Below, piece by piece: positions 1 through 8,907 of a stretch of DNA of 64,000 nt (position 1 is the first letter of the stretch; the number at the start of each line of letters is the position of its first letter). This stretch comes from Planctomycetota bacterium (GTDB lineage Bacteria > Planctomycetota > GCA-002687715 > DRQF01): NCBI GenBank assembly GCA_036479435.1, contig JAZGFI010000235.1, forward strand, positions 22,426 through 86,425, written 5' to 3'. The translations under genes and the position numbers were made by a program. The notes beneath the pieces are model-generated. The model did not search any database, was not told where the DNA came from, and worked only from the letters and a program-made list of their open reading frames with translations.

Positions 1-358
1 GATCTTCTGACGCATTCCAAAAAATGGTGACACAGGGAAGTCCAATCGCGTCGAGGTCGCGCGCAAGAACCAAAGCCGTCGCGATCTTGAAATCCACTAA
101 GGTTGGTCCGCCGAGCAATCCCGGTTGCTGTCCCGTGACAATGACAGCGGCTCCCGACCTCAGTTTTTCAATGGCAGCCTCGCGCGATTCGTCGCGAGCA
201 AGGTGTTCCTGGGAGGATTCAATTACATCTATCGTTGCTGCTGGTAGCGCCGTGACTTGTTGGGCGCGATCTCTTAGAGCTTCCCATCCCAAGGGTTGAA
301 CAAACAGTTCTGACGCCAATTTGCTTCGGGCTATTAGCTCATCACGAAGCGAAGACAT
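1..358 (-). CDS. bshC: Bacillithiol biosynthesis cysteine-adding enzyme BshC, N-terminal part (runs off window start)
   Basis: Not in the ORF track. Manual minus-strand translation from ATG 358 (overlaps the upstream TGA) is open to position 1 and gives VIVTGQQPGLLGGP...FKIA...IFWNASED, the BshC/YllA N-terminal motifs. Confidence 0.8.
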   Translation of the reverse strand, partial: MSSLRDELIARSKLASELFVQPLGWEALRDRAQQVTALPAATIDVIESSQEHLARDESREAAIEKLRSGAAVIVTGQQPGLLGGPTLVDFKIATALVLARDLDAIGLPCVTIFWNASED

Positions 359-1128
359 CAAACTCGGATTTCTGGTTTCTTGGCGACGAGGATGACGCGT
401 GATGATTGTGGCGTAATGGGCTTGCCACCGAAGTCGCCATAGCGTTGATCTAAGACCAAGCCAGCCTCTTCCATCATTTCTTGCAGGTCTTGTTCATTGT
501 AAAGGCGAACCGACTCCCGGTGTTCTCGTTGCCAACCATCGTCGCGAATCATGGTGATCGTTTTTTCGACTCGTTTTCCGTCGGCTGTGATGCGGCGCTG
601 TTGGTAAACGACCAGGTCTTTTTTTCGTTCCTCGCTTCGTTCGACAAGATGGTGACGGACGTAGTCAGCGTTCAGGAAATCAAGAACGAAACTACCTCCA
701 GGGAGCAGGGATTTTGCAACGCCGACCACAACCGTGAGGTCTTCGGCATCGTCTTCAAAGTAACCGAAAGATGTGAACAGGGAGGTCACGAGTTGAAAGT
801 AAGAGTCGAAAGAAAGGTGGCGCATGTCTCCTTCCAAAAACAAGACGTTGGCAAGACGCCTCGCTCGAGCTTCCTGAATGAGGTCGTTGGAAAGATCGAG
901 GCCAAGAACGGACAGCTGCTTTCGGGACCAGGCCGCTGCGTGTCTTCCGTTGCCACAACCCAAATCTAAGACTGGTGCGGAAAGGGCGGCGTCAACTTTG
1001 GTCCAAGTTGATATCTTGTCGACTTCCTGCGAAGCGGCTTCGTCGGTCCGGTGTGCGTAGAGGTCGAGATAAACTTTTTCGAAAGCACGACGGAACCACT
1101 CAGATCCTCGCTGCTTAGATTCGCTCAT
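358..1128 (-). CDS. Class I SAM-dependent methyltransferase
   Basis: VLDLGCGNGRH motif I, GLDLS, GDMR, FTSFGYF, LLPGG. Confidence 0.9.
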   Translation of the reverse strand: MSESKQRGSEWFRRAFEKVYLDLYAHRTDEAASQEVDKISTWTKVDAALSAPVLDLGCGNGRHAAAWSRKQLSVLGLDLSNDLIQEARARRLANVLFLEGDMRHLSFDSYFQLVTSLFTSFGYFEDDAEDLTVVVGVAKSLLPGGSFVLDFLNADYVRHHLVERSEERKKDLVVYQQRRITADGKRVEKTITMIRDDGWQREHRESVRLYNEQDLQEMMEEAGLVLDQRYGDFGGKPITPQSSRVILVAKKPEIRV

Positions 1129-2036
1129 CGAGACGGCTTTCTGGCGTCATCAAGTTCGCGATTCCATTGTTTTACCGCGGACTCGATTGCGCTTTTCCAA
1201 GCTATTGGTGCCGGGCCTTTACCCCAAGGCTCGGTGATCCCCCGCGACAAGGCGACAAGAGCGCGGCTTCCTTCAGAGTCGAAGGCATGGGCGGCATCGG
1301 CCATGGTCGCCCCCTGGGCACCAACTCCGGGCACCAAAAACCAAGTGTTCGGCATCATGGCCCGCAGGTGCTCAAGTTCTTCGGCGTGAGTTGCGCCCAC
1401 AACTGCGGCAACGAGTGGGGACTCCTCGTCCGATCGACGCATTGAGTTCCCCCACTCCTTGACCAACTCAGCAACCCTCTCAAAGACCTTCCCCCCACCG
1501 GAGGATTCCGATAAAGGCAATTCCAAAAGTTCAGCCGAAGAGGGATTGCTGGTGCGAACCAAGACAAAGACTCCCTTTCCCATCGTGGCGGCTCGTTTGA
1601 AAAACGGCATGACGCCATCGCTACCAAACCAGGGATTTACGGTGATGGCATCAAATGCGGTGTTTTTATGGCCCGTTCCTAAGCTTGCTCTTGCGTAGGC
1701 TTCCGCGGTGCTTCCAATATCAGCCCTTTTGATGTCGGCGATCGTGATGAGACCACAGGCCTGTGCATGCGCTGCGAGCTCATCCATGACTTGAAGCCCG
1801 GACGTTCCGAAAACCTCAAAGAATGCGCTTTGAAATTTGATTGCCGCGGAAAGCGGGCCAACAAGATCAATCACCGCTCGTCCAAAATCGGCAATAGCTG
1901 TCGTCTCAGAGGAAGATGCAGCAATTAATTCCGAAGGAATGCGGTCCGGGCGGGGATCAAACCCGACACAGAGGTGAGAACCGACTTTTCGACAGCGCTG
2001 AGTCAGGCGATTCGCAAAGGAGGCGTTTAAGTCCAT
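1125..2036 (-). CDS. pyrF: Orotidine-5'-phosphate decarboxylase (type 2)
   Basis: LCVGFDP, KFQSAFFE, DIKRADIGST, LVRTSNP, VVGAT, LVPGVGAQG. Confidence 0.95.
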   Translation of the reverse strand: MDLNASFANRLTQRCRKVGSHLCVGFDPRPDRIPSELIAASSSETTAIADFGRAVIDLVGPLSAAIKFQSAFFEVFGTSGLQVMDELAAHAQACGLITIADIKRADIGSTAEAYARASLGTGHKNTAFDAITVNPWFGSDGVMPFFKRAATMGKGVFVLVRTSNPSSAELLELPLSESSGGGKVFERVAELVKEWGNSMRRSDEESPLVAAVVGATHAEELEHLRAMMPNTWFLVPGVGAQGATMADAAHAFDSEGSRALVALSRGITEPWGKGPAPIAWKSAIESAVKQWNRELDDARKPSR

Positions 2037-2632
2037 GAAAGGAAGTTCCTAAGCATGAGAGCCCCACCCTCCGTAAGGAAAGACTCCGGATGAAACTGAA
2101 CTGCTTCCCAGGGGCGTTCGCGATGCCGCAGTCCCATCAGCACCCGCGATGACCCCATGGTCCAAGCGCTTGGCTCGAGTTCGGCGTGGGCTGGCATGAT
2201 GGGGACAGACAGCGAATGGTAACGAGTCACCGAAAGAGGGTTGGCCAAACCTAAAAAGATTCCTCGACCGTCGTGGCGGATTGTTTCTGCTTTGCCGTGT
2301 ACTGGGGTTGGACTGAGCTCCCATCTTAGTCCGAAGTGCGCAGCAAGACACTGTTGACCGAGGCAGACGCCGAATAGGGGAAGCTGTGGCGGCAACAATT
2401 TTAGTAGACCCATGGCGACCGGGGCTTCGTCGGGGTTACCTGGTCCCGGTGAGATCAGAACTCGAGTCGGCATGGGGTTCAACAATTGCTGCAGCCGTCG
2501 TTCGAGATCCCGACCAAGGTCAAGGCCGAGGTCGGCGCTTCGAACCACCTTTGGCCGGTCACCCAACTCTTCGAGAAGGTGAACGAGATTCCAGGTGAAA
2601 GAATCATTGTTGTCGAGAACTAAGGTTCCCAG
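2027..2632 (-). CDS. Anthranilate/aminodeoxychorismate synthase component II (class I glutamine amidotransferase, TrpG/PabA)
   Basis: ISPGPG, GVCLG, RYHSL, QFHPES. The frame extends upstream of the track start (2566) through the conserved LVLDNNDSFTWNL to a CTG at 2632, just after an in-frame TGA. Confidence 0.85.
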   Translation of the reverse strand: MGTLVLDNNDSFTWNLVHLLEELGDRPKVVRSADLGLDLGRDLERRLQQLLNPMPTRVLISPGPGNPDEAPVAMGLLKLLPPQLPLFGVCLGQQCLAAHFGLRWELSPTPVHGKAETIRHDGRGIFLGLANPLSVTRYHSLSVPIMPAHAELEPSAWTMGSSRVLMGLRHRERPWEAVQFHPESFLTEGGALMLRNFLSWT

Positions 2633-2689
2633 CGATCAACCCTCAGTCAGTTTAGGTCGTAGCCCCATGTATGGCTTTCTTCTCTTATC

Positions 2690-3025
2690 TAGAGAAGCAG
2701 TCATCATCATAAGGGCACGTCGTATTGGGAACAGCGCTTGGGGAAAATGTCGAAAGTCGTTCCAAGCGGGGACTTTAAGGACTCGTGTTGGATTGGGGAA
2801 TGGGCGTGGAGGAAGTGCGGATGGCGTGTCAAAAGACGGCGGGAATAGAGCCAGTTCTCAACAGCCCTGAGGCGGTAGGCGTCCGAGCTGTGGATAACTC
2901 GGCCCTTTTTACCCACGGGCTTCACCGTCTTCCCACAAGAACGCGACAGAAAGTGTGTGTAGAGGTGGGGGTGGTTGGATCCAAGACCCCCCAAGGAGAG
3001 GCGGGGATCACCTTGGGGGTAACGC
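2690..3025. other. Candidate replication origin (oriC): DnaA-box cluster with trinucleotide repeat
   Basis: Perfect TGTGGATAA at 2889-2897. Near-matches TGGGGAAAA 2739-2747, TTCTCAACA 2855-2863, TTACCCACG 2909-2917, CTTCCCACA 2929-2937 and TGGGGGTAA 3014-3022. TCATCATCATAAGGGC at about 2701-2716. Region is intergenic, with parS/parB 6 kb away. Confidence 0.5.
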
Positions 3026-3063
3026 CGCCAACGCACCACCCTTGGCCGCCCCAAAGGAGTGCG

Positions 3064-3870
3064 CTAGGGGTTGAGGATCTGACCCAAGCGCCGCAGGCAA
3101 CTCAATTCGATTTGCCGGACTTTTTCACGGCTTGATCCGAGGATCTTGCCGATTTCCTTCAGAGTCATCGGCTCGACGCCCTCCAAACCATAGCGCAATT
3201 TCAGCACCGTTCGTTCGGCTTCCGAGAGGTCCTTCACCAAGCTCTCAAGATGCTTGAGCTCAAGGTCATGGAGAACGCTGAGGTCAGGGCCCCTCCCCCG
3301 CTCATCAATCACCTCGTCACGGACGCGCTGAGAAGCATCGAGAGAGCTGATTTGTTCAAGATGCGTCGAGGTGTCGATGGCCCGACGAAAGCTGCGACGC
3401 TCGGAGTTTTTTAGTTCCATGGCGTCGAAAAGCTCGTCGTCGCGGGGCCGGCGACCTAAAGCCAGTTCCATTTCTATGCGCTTGGTCTTCCAGCGCGAGA
3501 TGAGATCAAGAACATAGGTAGGTATCCGCACTGTCTTCGTCTGATTGTTGATGGATCGACCGATCGACTGCCTAATCCACCAGGACGCATAAGTGCTGAA
3601 CCGACACCCTTCTTCGGGATCGAACTTCTCAACCGCTCGGATGAGGCCCAGGTTTCCTTCCTCAATAAGGTCGAGAAGGGTCAAGCCGCGACCCAGGTAG
3701 GCCTTTGCGATAGAGACCACCAACCTCAGGTTGGATTGGATCATCTCTTCGCGTGCCGCCGAGTCTCCCTGTCGCACCCGGCAGGCAAGCGTCCGCTCAC
3801 CCTTGGCATCCAGGAGCGCTGTTTCTGAAATTTCTGCCAAATAGGTCTGCAAAACAGATTTTTCAGCCAC
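3064..3870 (-). CDS. RNA polymerase sigma70 factor, RpoD/RpoS-like (no region 1.1)
   Basis: [47 protein letters not shown]...REKVRQIE. Confidence 0.95.
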   Translation of the reverse strand: MAEKSVLQTYLAEISETALLDAKGERTLACRVRQGDSAAREEMIQSNLRLVVSIAKAYLGRGLTLLDLIEEGNLGLIRAVEKFDPEEGCRFSTYASWWIRQSIGRSINNQTKTVRIPTYVLDLISRWKTKRIEMELALGRRPRDDELFDAMELKNSERRSFRRAIDTSTHLEQISSLDASQRVRDEVIDERGRGPDLSVLHDLELKHLESLVKDLSEAERTVLKLRYGLEGVEPMTLKEIGKILGSSREKVRQIELSCLRRLGQILNP

Positions 3871-3932
3871 CGTCGAACCCCCTAGGACCCCAAAGCTCCG
3901 GGCGGCAAGGGGACCCTAAGTGCCCACTACAA

Positions 3933-5168
3933 TCAGGGCACTTCGGGATCTCGACCCGGGACAAAATCGAACTGCTTGCGATGGTGCCGTAGGAAAAACT
4001 GACGCGCCGTGGCGAAGACCACAAAGAGGTCCAAGCAGGGCGACCAGGTATTCACGTAGGCGAGATCGAGATCGAGCCGACGACGAATCGAGGTGTTTCC
4101 GACGTATCCGAACGCTTGCGCCAGGCCCGTCAGGCCCCCACGCGCACAATGTCTGTGGGGATACATCGTCATACTTTTAGTAAATACTTGAACAAACTCT
4201 GGACGCTCTGGTCGCGGTCCAATCAAACTGAGATCACCGCGCACGACGTTCCAAAGCTGTGGTAGTTCATCAGCCCAAGAACAACGTAACCATCGACCCA
4301 AAGCGGTGATGCGATCGTCGTGGGGGCCCGGCCAAACCGGCTTGTTGTCAAGCTCGGCGCCTCGTTTCATGCTCCTGATCTTCAAGATGTGAAAAGGACG
4401 GCCACCCTCCGTTAAGCGCACTTGCTTGTAGAATCCGGGGGAGCCCTGAGTGATGCGAACCAAGAGCCATAAGACCGCCAAGACGGGTACCAAGGCCAGA
4501 AAAAGAGGAACCGCGAACAAGAGGTCACTGAGGCGCTTCACCCTTCCACTCAAGCCCTCGATAGGCCACTCCCGTGCCTGGATGCGGCGTCCCGAGGGTG
4601 AATGAACAAAGACGCGCAGACCTTCAGCAAATCCGTCTGGTAGGTGCCAAACCTCAGTAGCTGCCCCACTTGGGGCGGCCTCAACCGCCCAAGCCGGGCT
4701 GTCTTTTAGGGCGGCGACGAGCGCCGTAAGCTCGCCCTCAGAGCCACGAAACTCAACCAAAGTGCGGCAGCACCGCGATGCGCCATAAATGAGGACGAGC
4801 CGAATGGCGCAAGCGAGGCCAAGGAATGTCCACAAATGAAGGAAGCCAGGCCCCCGAAAAGGCGTCAAAACGGCGAGCAGAGACCACAAACCGATAGCGA
4901 TCAGTCCCACGAATCCGAAAGCCGCGACTCGAAGCGAGAGACACATGGGGATTCGGAAGTCGTACTGGCGAAACCAGTAAAGGAGCGCAATGCTGACCCC
5001 AGCGACCACCACAATCGACCCTAGGTCTGAGGTACACCCCCAAGCCCACATCAGCACGAGACCGTCAAAGACGATCGCCATGCTCCCCAAACACAAAGCC
5101 CGAATCCGGGTCAAATGAGGAGCTCCCCAAGGGCAGCGGGCGGCCAGCAAGGGTCCAACGCCGCGCAA
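3933..5168 (-). CDS. Polyprenyl-phosphate sugar-1-phosphate transferase (WcaJ/WbaP-like); start uncertain
   Basis: N-terminal TM helices; C-terminal KIRSM, DDRIT, DELPQLWNVVRGDLSLIGPRP, GLTGLAQ. Confidence 0.88.
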   Translation of the reverse strand: MRGVGPLLAARCPWGAPHLTRIRALCLGSMAIVFDGLVLMWAWGCTSDLGSIVVVAGVSIALLYWFRQYDFRIPMCLSLRVAAFGFVGLIAIGLWSLLAVLTPFRGPGFLHLWTFLGLACAIRLVLIYGASRCCRTLVEFRGSEGELTALVAALKDSPAWAVEAAPSGAATEVWHLPDGFAEGLRVFVHSPSGRRIQAREWPIEGLSGRVKRLSDLLFAVPLFLALVPVLAVLWLLVRITQGSPGFYKQVRLTEGGRPFHILKIRSMKRGAELDNKPVWPGPHDDRITALGRWLRCSWADELPQLWNVVRGDLSLIGPRPERPEFVQVFTKSMTMYPHRHCARGGLTGLAQAFGYVGNTSIRRRLDLDLAYVNTWSPCLDLFVVFATARQFFLRHHRKQFDFVPGRDPEVP

Positions 5169-5226
5169 AAATATCGTAATTCTTTTGTGGGTAATCGATT
5201 CGGAGACATTTGACTATGGCGGCCGA

Positions 5227-5255
5227 CTGGGACTTTCCACTTTTCAGGCTATAAT
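5227..5255 (+). promoter_or_regulatory. Putative sigma70 promoter of the HPr-domain gene
   Basis: Perfect TATAAT at 5250-5255 with CTGGGA 17 nt upstream; ATG at 5270. Confidence 0.45.
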
Positions 5256-5269
5256 CGCGCGCCGACACC

Positions 5270-6616
5270 ATGACGCAAGAATCAAGACCAAGACCAACGC
5301 TCACCGAATCCCCCGCCCCCCCGCCGGTCGAGACGGTTTGCAGCGAAACAGAATTCGCGGGCATTCTGGCGATGCACGTGCCATCGCTGATTCGAATCGA
5401 CAACCTGGTCGAGTCGAATCGGCGCGCCCGCCTAAGTCGTCGGGTGCTGTCAACGATCAGCGAAGAAGCTTCCAAGCTTGAAGACTTGCTGACGGACTAC
5501 GATGCTCCCTACAACCACGCCTTTTGCAAGTTTTACGAGCTTGTCGCAGCCCTCAGAAGTTTCAGCGCCGCAGGCTATACCGCCAAAGTTGTTGAGCTTC
5601 GCACGGCGCGCCGACCCAGTTTTAATGACAAAAAACTCGACGCTGCCTTTCGCGAGGAGACTGCGAAAGCCCTGGGGTTCATCGAGGAAGGGGTGCGGCA
5701 GCTGCTGAGATCGTGCCGCTCTGAGGTCGAAAAGCTCAGTGGCACAGAGCTTGAGGAGGCAGCCCCCCAACACATTTTTCAAGACAGCATGGACCACCGC
5801 TCTTTGCCCCACACCCTTGGGGCCGACGACGTTACCGATCAAAAAAGTCGTATTGCGGCGGAGGCCTCTCTTTTTCTTACCGCACACCAGACATTGCACC
5901 GCCGTTCCCAAGGGGCGCGGTTCGACGACCCCGAGCTTATGCAAAGGTTTGTCTTGGATGTTTGCGACGAAGAGCAGTCGCGATTTTTTGAGGTGAAACT
6001 TCAGAACATCCAAAGTCGCTACGATACCTTTGTCATGAACACCCTGGCGGAAAAACGGGATCCACTCCTTCGCGAGTTTCGCGTGGCGGTCGGGAACAGT
6101 TTAGAGCTGATACGTATCGTGGCTCGACTCGTTCACTTTTTTGAGCGACACGAGGATGACTCTCGTCCAGAAGAAGCCAAGGCGGCCGTTGCCCAACTTG
6201 TCGACAAGCAGGGGGTCCTCGATACGATCTTGAATTATGCGCTTTATTACGCGCATCGATTCATGGAAGTCGGCGAGCCCTTGGCGGAGTCCCTTCTCCA
6301 AAAGTACACCGTCAAGGAATCGGTGGCCTTGTCGCTGCCGGCAGGCGTCGTCCTTCACGCGCGGCCCGCGTCGCTCATCGTGAAAGTGGTTCAACACCAC
6401 GGAACACCGGTTCAAATCCAACTGGGCGACCACTCCTGCTATGCGGGCTCGATTACTCAGATCATCATGGCAGCGGGCCAAAACCCCGCGATTGGCTCGG
6501 TGAAATTTGAAGGCGACCGCAAACCGATTGCAGACCTCACGCTTTTATTTGAGCATCGGCTCGGCGAAGATGGCCTAGATAATCTCCCTCCCGATCTGAG
6601 TTACCTACGTCGTTAA
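5270..6616 (+). CDS. Large protein with C-terminal HPr phosphocarrier domain
   Basis: C-terminal VLHARPASLIVKVV (His15-like) and YAGSITQII (Ser46-like); about 345-aa helical N-terminus. Confidence 0.8.
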   Translation: MTQESRPRPTLTESPAPPPVETVCSETEFAGILAMHVPSLIRIDNLVESNRRARLSRRVLSTISEEASKLEDLLTDYDAPYNHAFCKFYELVAALRSFSAAGYTAKVVELRTARRPSFNDKKLDAAFREETAKALGFIEEGVRQLLRSCRSEVEKLSGTELEEAAPQHIFQDSMDHRSLPHTLGADDVTDQKSRIAAEASLFLTAHQTLHRRSQGARFDDPELMQRFVLDVCDEEQSRFFEVKLQNIQSRYDTFVMNTLAEKRDPLLREFRVAVGNSLELIRIVARLVHFFERHEDDSRPEEAKAAVAQLVDKQGVLDTILNYALYYAHRFMEVGEPLAESLLQKYTVKESVALSLPAGVVLHARPASLIVKVVQHHGTPVQIQLGDHSCYAGSITQIIMAAGQNPAIGSVKFEGDRKPIADLTLLFEHRLGEDGLDNLPPDLSYLRR

Positions 6617-6722
6617 GCGGCCCCCGCAGAGCGCCGGCAATTGAAGGCTATTGGCCTCTCAAGCCCCCGTGTTACGGTGCCGCGCCTTGCAGCATGTCCC
6701 TTATTTCCAACTCTTGAGGTAA

Positions 6723-7220
6723 GTGCGGTCCATGTGGATCGGAGTGATTTCAGACACAGATGGTGGGCTTCATCCGAAGATCCTTGAGATCTTTTCGACC
6801 ATGGACTTCATTATCCACTGCGGCGCCATTGGCGCTCCGGAGGTTCTACTGGACCTGTCAAACTGCTCGCCTATCTCCGGGGTTTTGGGGCCCAATGACC
6901 ATGCGGAGGAATTTCAGCCGCTTGGGCTGGAGTTGTGCAAGACCTTTTTAGAGGTGCCGCTGTTCGTCCGCCATGATCTCGGAACCCCGAGCAAGCCGAC
7001 GAAGGACCTGCCTCGCATCCTCGAAACCGTCGCCCCTAAAGTCCTTTTGTTTGGCAAGACTCGAGAGGTCTTCAACGGCACCGTTGATGACCGACTTTGG
7101 TTCAATCCAGGGTCCGGGTCACCATCATCAAATGGGCGCGCCTGCAGCATTGGGATTTTGGAGATCGAAGGGCAGAGCGTTCGAGGCGAGATCATCCCCC
7201 TGCCGAACACCTTGAGCTAG
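6723..7220 (+). CDS. YfcE-like calcineurin-fold phosphoesterase homolog with degenerate metal ligands
   Basis: IGVISDTDG, IIHCGAIG, VLGPND, LFGKT and FNPGS follow YfcE motif order. Confidence 0.75.
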   Translation: MRSMWIGVISDTDGGLHPKILEIFSTMDFIIHCGAIGAPEVLLDLSNCSPISGVLGPNDHAEEFQPLGLELCKTFLEVPLFVRHDLGTPSKPTKDLPRILETVAPKVLLFGKTREVFNGTVDDRLWFNPGSGSPSSNGRACSIGILEIEGQSVRGEIIPLPNTLS

Positions 7221-7267
7221 GGCGCGCGCTCATCCGGGAATTTAGGTGAAGAGACTCAAGGGACGAC

Positions 7268-7993
7268 CTATCGCCCGAGCCTGAGTCGCTCGGCGAGCAG
7301 CTCTGGCAGCCCCGCGGCGCGGATCTTGTCACCCGCACGCTGCAAATCGTAGCGAACGCGTTCTAGGCGGTACTCACCTGTTTCCGAATCGTAGACCCCA
7401 TAGGCGGCCTTTGGGTTCTCGTCCCGCGGTTGCCCAATGCTGCCGACATTGACCAAGGCTCTTCGAAATCCCGACAGATCGGCCCGGTGCGACATGGAGA
7501 GGTGAATGGTTTCGTCCATGGCGAATATCAGGGGAACATGGGAATGCCCGACAAAACAAACCGTCGTGGTCATGGCGTTGAGGGACCGTGCCGCATCGTA
7601 ATAGGACTGGATGTAGTTGAATTCTTCCGGCTTGTCGACCGTGGCGTGGGTGACCATGACTTCGTTGGATACGATTTCTTGCAGCGAGAGGGATGCGATC
7701 CATTCACGATCTTCGGCGCTGAGGGCTTGAGCCGTCCAGTCGATCGCAGCTTTCGCGTAAGCATTGAAAAATGAAGTATCGAGCTGGCCCACGGCGGCCC
7801 AATCGTGATTTCCAGCCACCACCGTGGCGCCGATCTCCCGCACTCGCCTAATACAGGGCGAAGGATCAGCGCCGTATCCAACGATGTCACCAACACTTAG
7901 GTAGTGGGCGACACCCTCAGCCTCAAGGGCTTCAATGACCGCATCGAGGGCCTCGATGTTGGCGTGAATGTCGCCCAATACACCGTACTTCAC
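7268..7993 (-). CDS. Metallophosphoesterase (calcineurin-like)
   Basis: GDIHAN, GDIVGYG, GNHD, GHSH, NVGSIGQPRD; GTG 7993 with GAGGAG RBS. Confidence 0.92.
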   Translation of the reverse strand: MKYGVLGDIHANIEALDAVIEALEAEGVAHYLSVGDIVGYGADPSPCIRRVREIGATVVAGNHDWAAVGQLDTSFFNAYAKAAIDWTAQALSAEDREWIASLSLQEIVSNEVMVTHATVDKPEEFNYIQSYYDAARSLNAMTTTVCFVGHSHVPLIFAMDETIHLSMSHRADLSGFRRALVNVGSIGQPRDENPKAAYGVYDSETGEYRLERVRYDLQRAGDKIRAAGLPELLAERLRLGR

Positions 7994-8034
7994 AAGCCGA
8001 GCCCCTCCTCTGCCCACAATCTCATGGGTACATG

Positions 8035-8907
8035 CTATGACTGTGACGAACTGCCGTCAAGCGGTACCAGGGTAGTCCCTAGGCGTTCTAATATCCAAGT
8101 AAGGACCAAGTTAGAAGTTAGCCAGTACAAGGAAGTTGAGGCGAAAAACCAAGCCCATGCTGCCGCGTCATGGGAGGCGATCTGCAGATGACGCCCGAGA
8201 TCAAGGGCAGGAAAAAGGAGCCCCAGCGAGTGTTGCCAAAAGGCCAGCTGATTTTGGCCTTCGAGGGGATGATGAAGGGTCGAAGACAGAAGCTGGGTGG
8301 CAAAGAGAAGAGCCAGAAACACCAGAGCGGCCGGGGCGAACCGCAACCGGACCCCAATGATCCTGGCGAGGGCCAGAAGTCCGACGCCCTGCAGAAGCCC
8401 GGAGCTAAAGCCAGCCACCAGGGTTGCCAGATCGCCACGACTCCAATGTACGTCAGGCCGCCACCAAGGCAGGGTGATCAAGCCCACAAGTTGGACCCCC
8501 AAAACCAGCAAACTTCCCAAGCAAAACACGAGCAAGAGCCCCAATCCATGGCGAAGGACGACTCCCAAGGTTGCCCACGCGGGTGTACCCAGCACTTCGG
8601 CCCGAAAAAGGAACTTGCCACTTTGGGTTGAAGGAAGACCGCACAGGATCGCGAAAAATACTCCCCACAAGAGACTTGTGGCGGGCGCGCCCTCAAGCGC
8701 GAAGGCTACAGGGCCCCGAAACCGTACTGGTACCAGTATGGGCCCGAGGGCAAGGAAGGCCCCAACCCCCAAGGCCACCCTGAAGACAGTTGACCTCCAT
8801 GTTTCCAGAAAGGCAACCTTGGTGGTAGAGTGAAGCAATCGAATGACTCCGGTGGCGGTCGTTCGCCGACAAGAAATGGGGAATGTTCCACGTGGAACAT
8901 CATGCAA
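8035..8907 (-). CDS. Multi-pass membrane protein (ABC-2 permease-like); start uncertain
   Basis: About 6 hydrophobic segments; sits directly upstream of the phosphoesterase on the same strand. Confidence 0.55.
   Translation of the reverse strand: MHDVPRGTFPISCRRTTATGVIRLLHSTTKVAFLETWRSTVFRVALGVGAFLALGPILVPVRFRGPVAFALEGAPATSLLWGVFFAILCGLPSTQSGKFLFRAEVLGTPAWATLGVVLRHGLGLLLVFCLGSLLVLGVQLVGLITLPWWRPDVHWSRGDLATLVAGFSSGLLQGVGLLALARIIGVRLRFAPAALVFLALLFATQLLSSTLHHPLEGQNQLAFWQHSLGLLFPALDLGRHLQIASHDAAAWAWFFASTSLYWLTSNLVLTWILERLGTTLVPLDGSSSQS

Noticed and set aside
2707..3135. ORFs 2707-3054 (-) and 2785-3135 (+)
   Set aside because: No recognisable motifs; they overlie the DnaA-box cluster (VIHS and AVDN are box translations).
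5186..5194. Single DnaA-box-like TGTGGGTAA
   Set aside because: Isolated one-mismatch 9-mer, compatible with chance.
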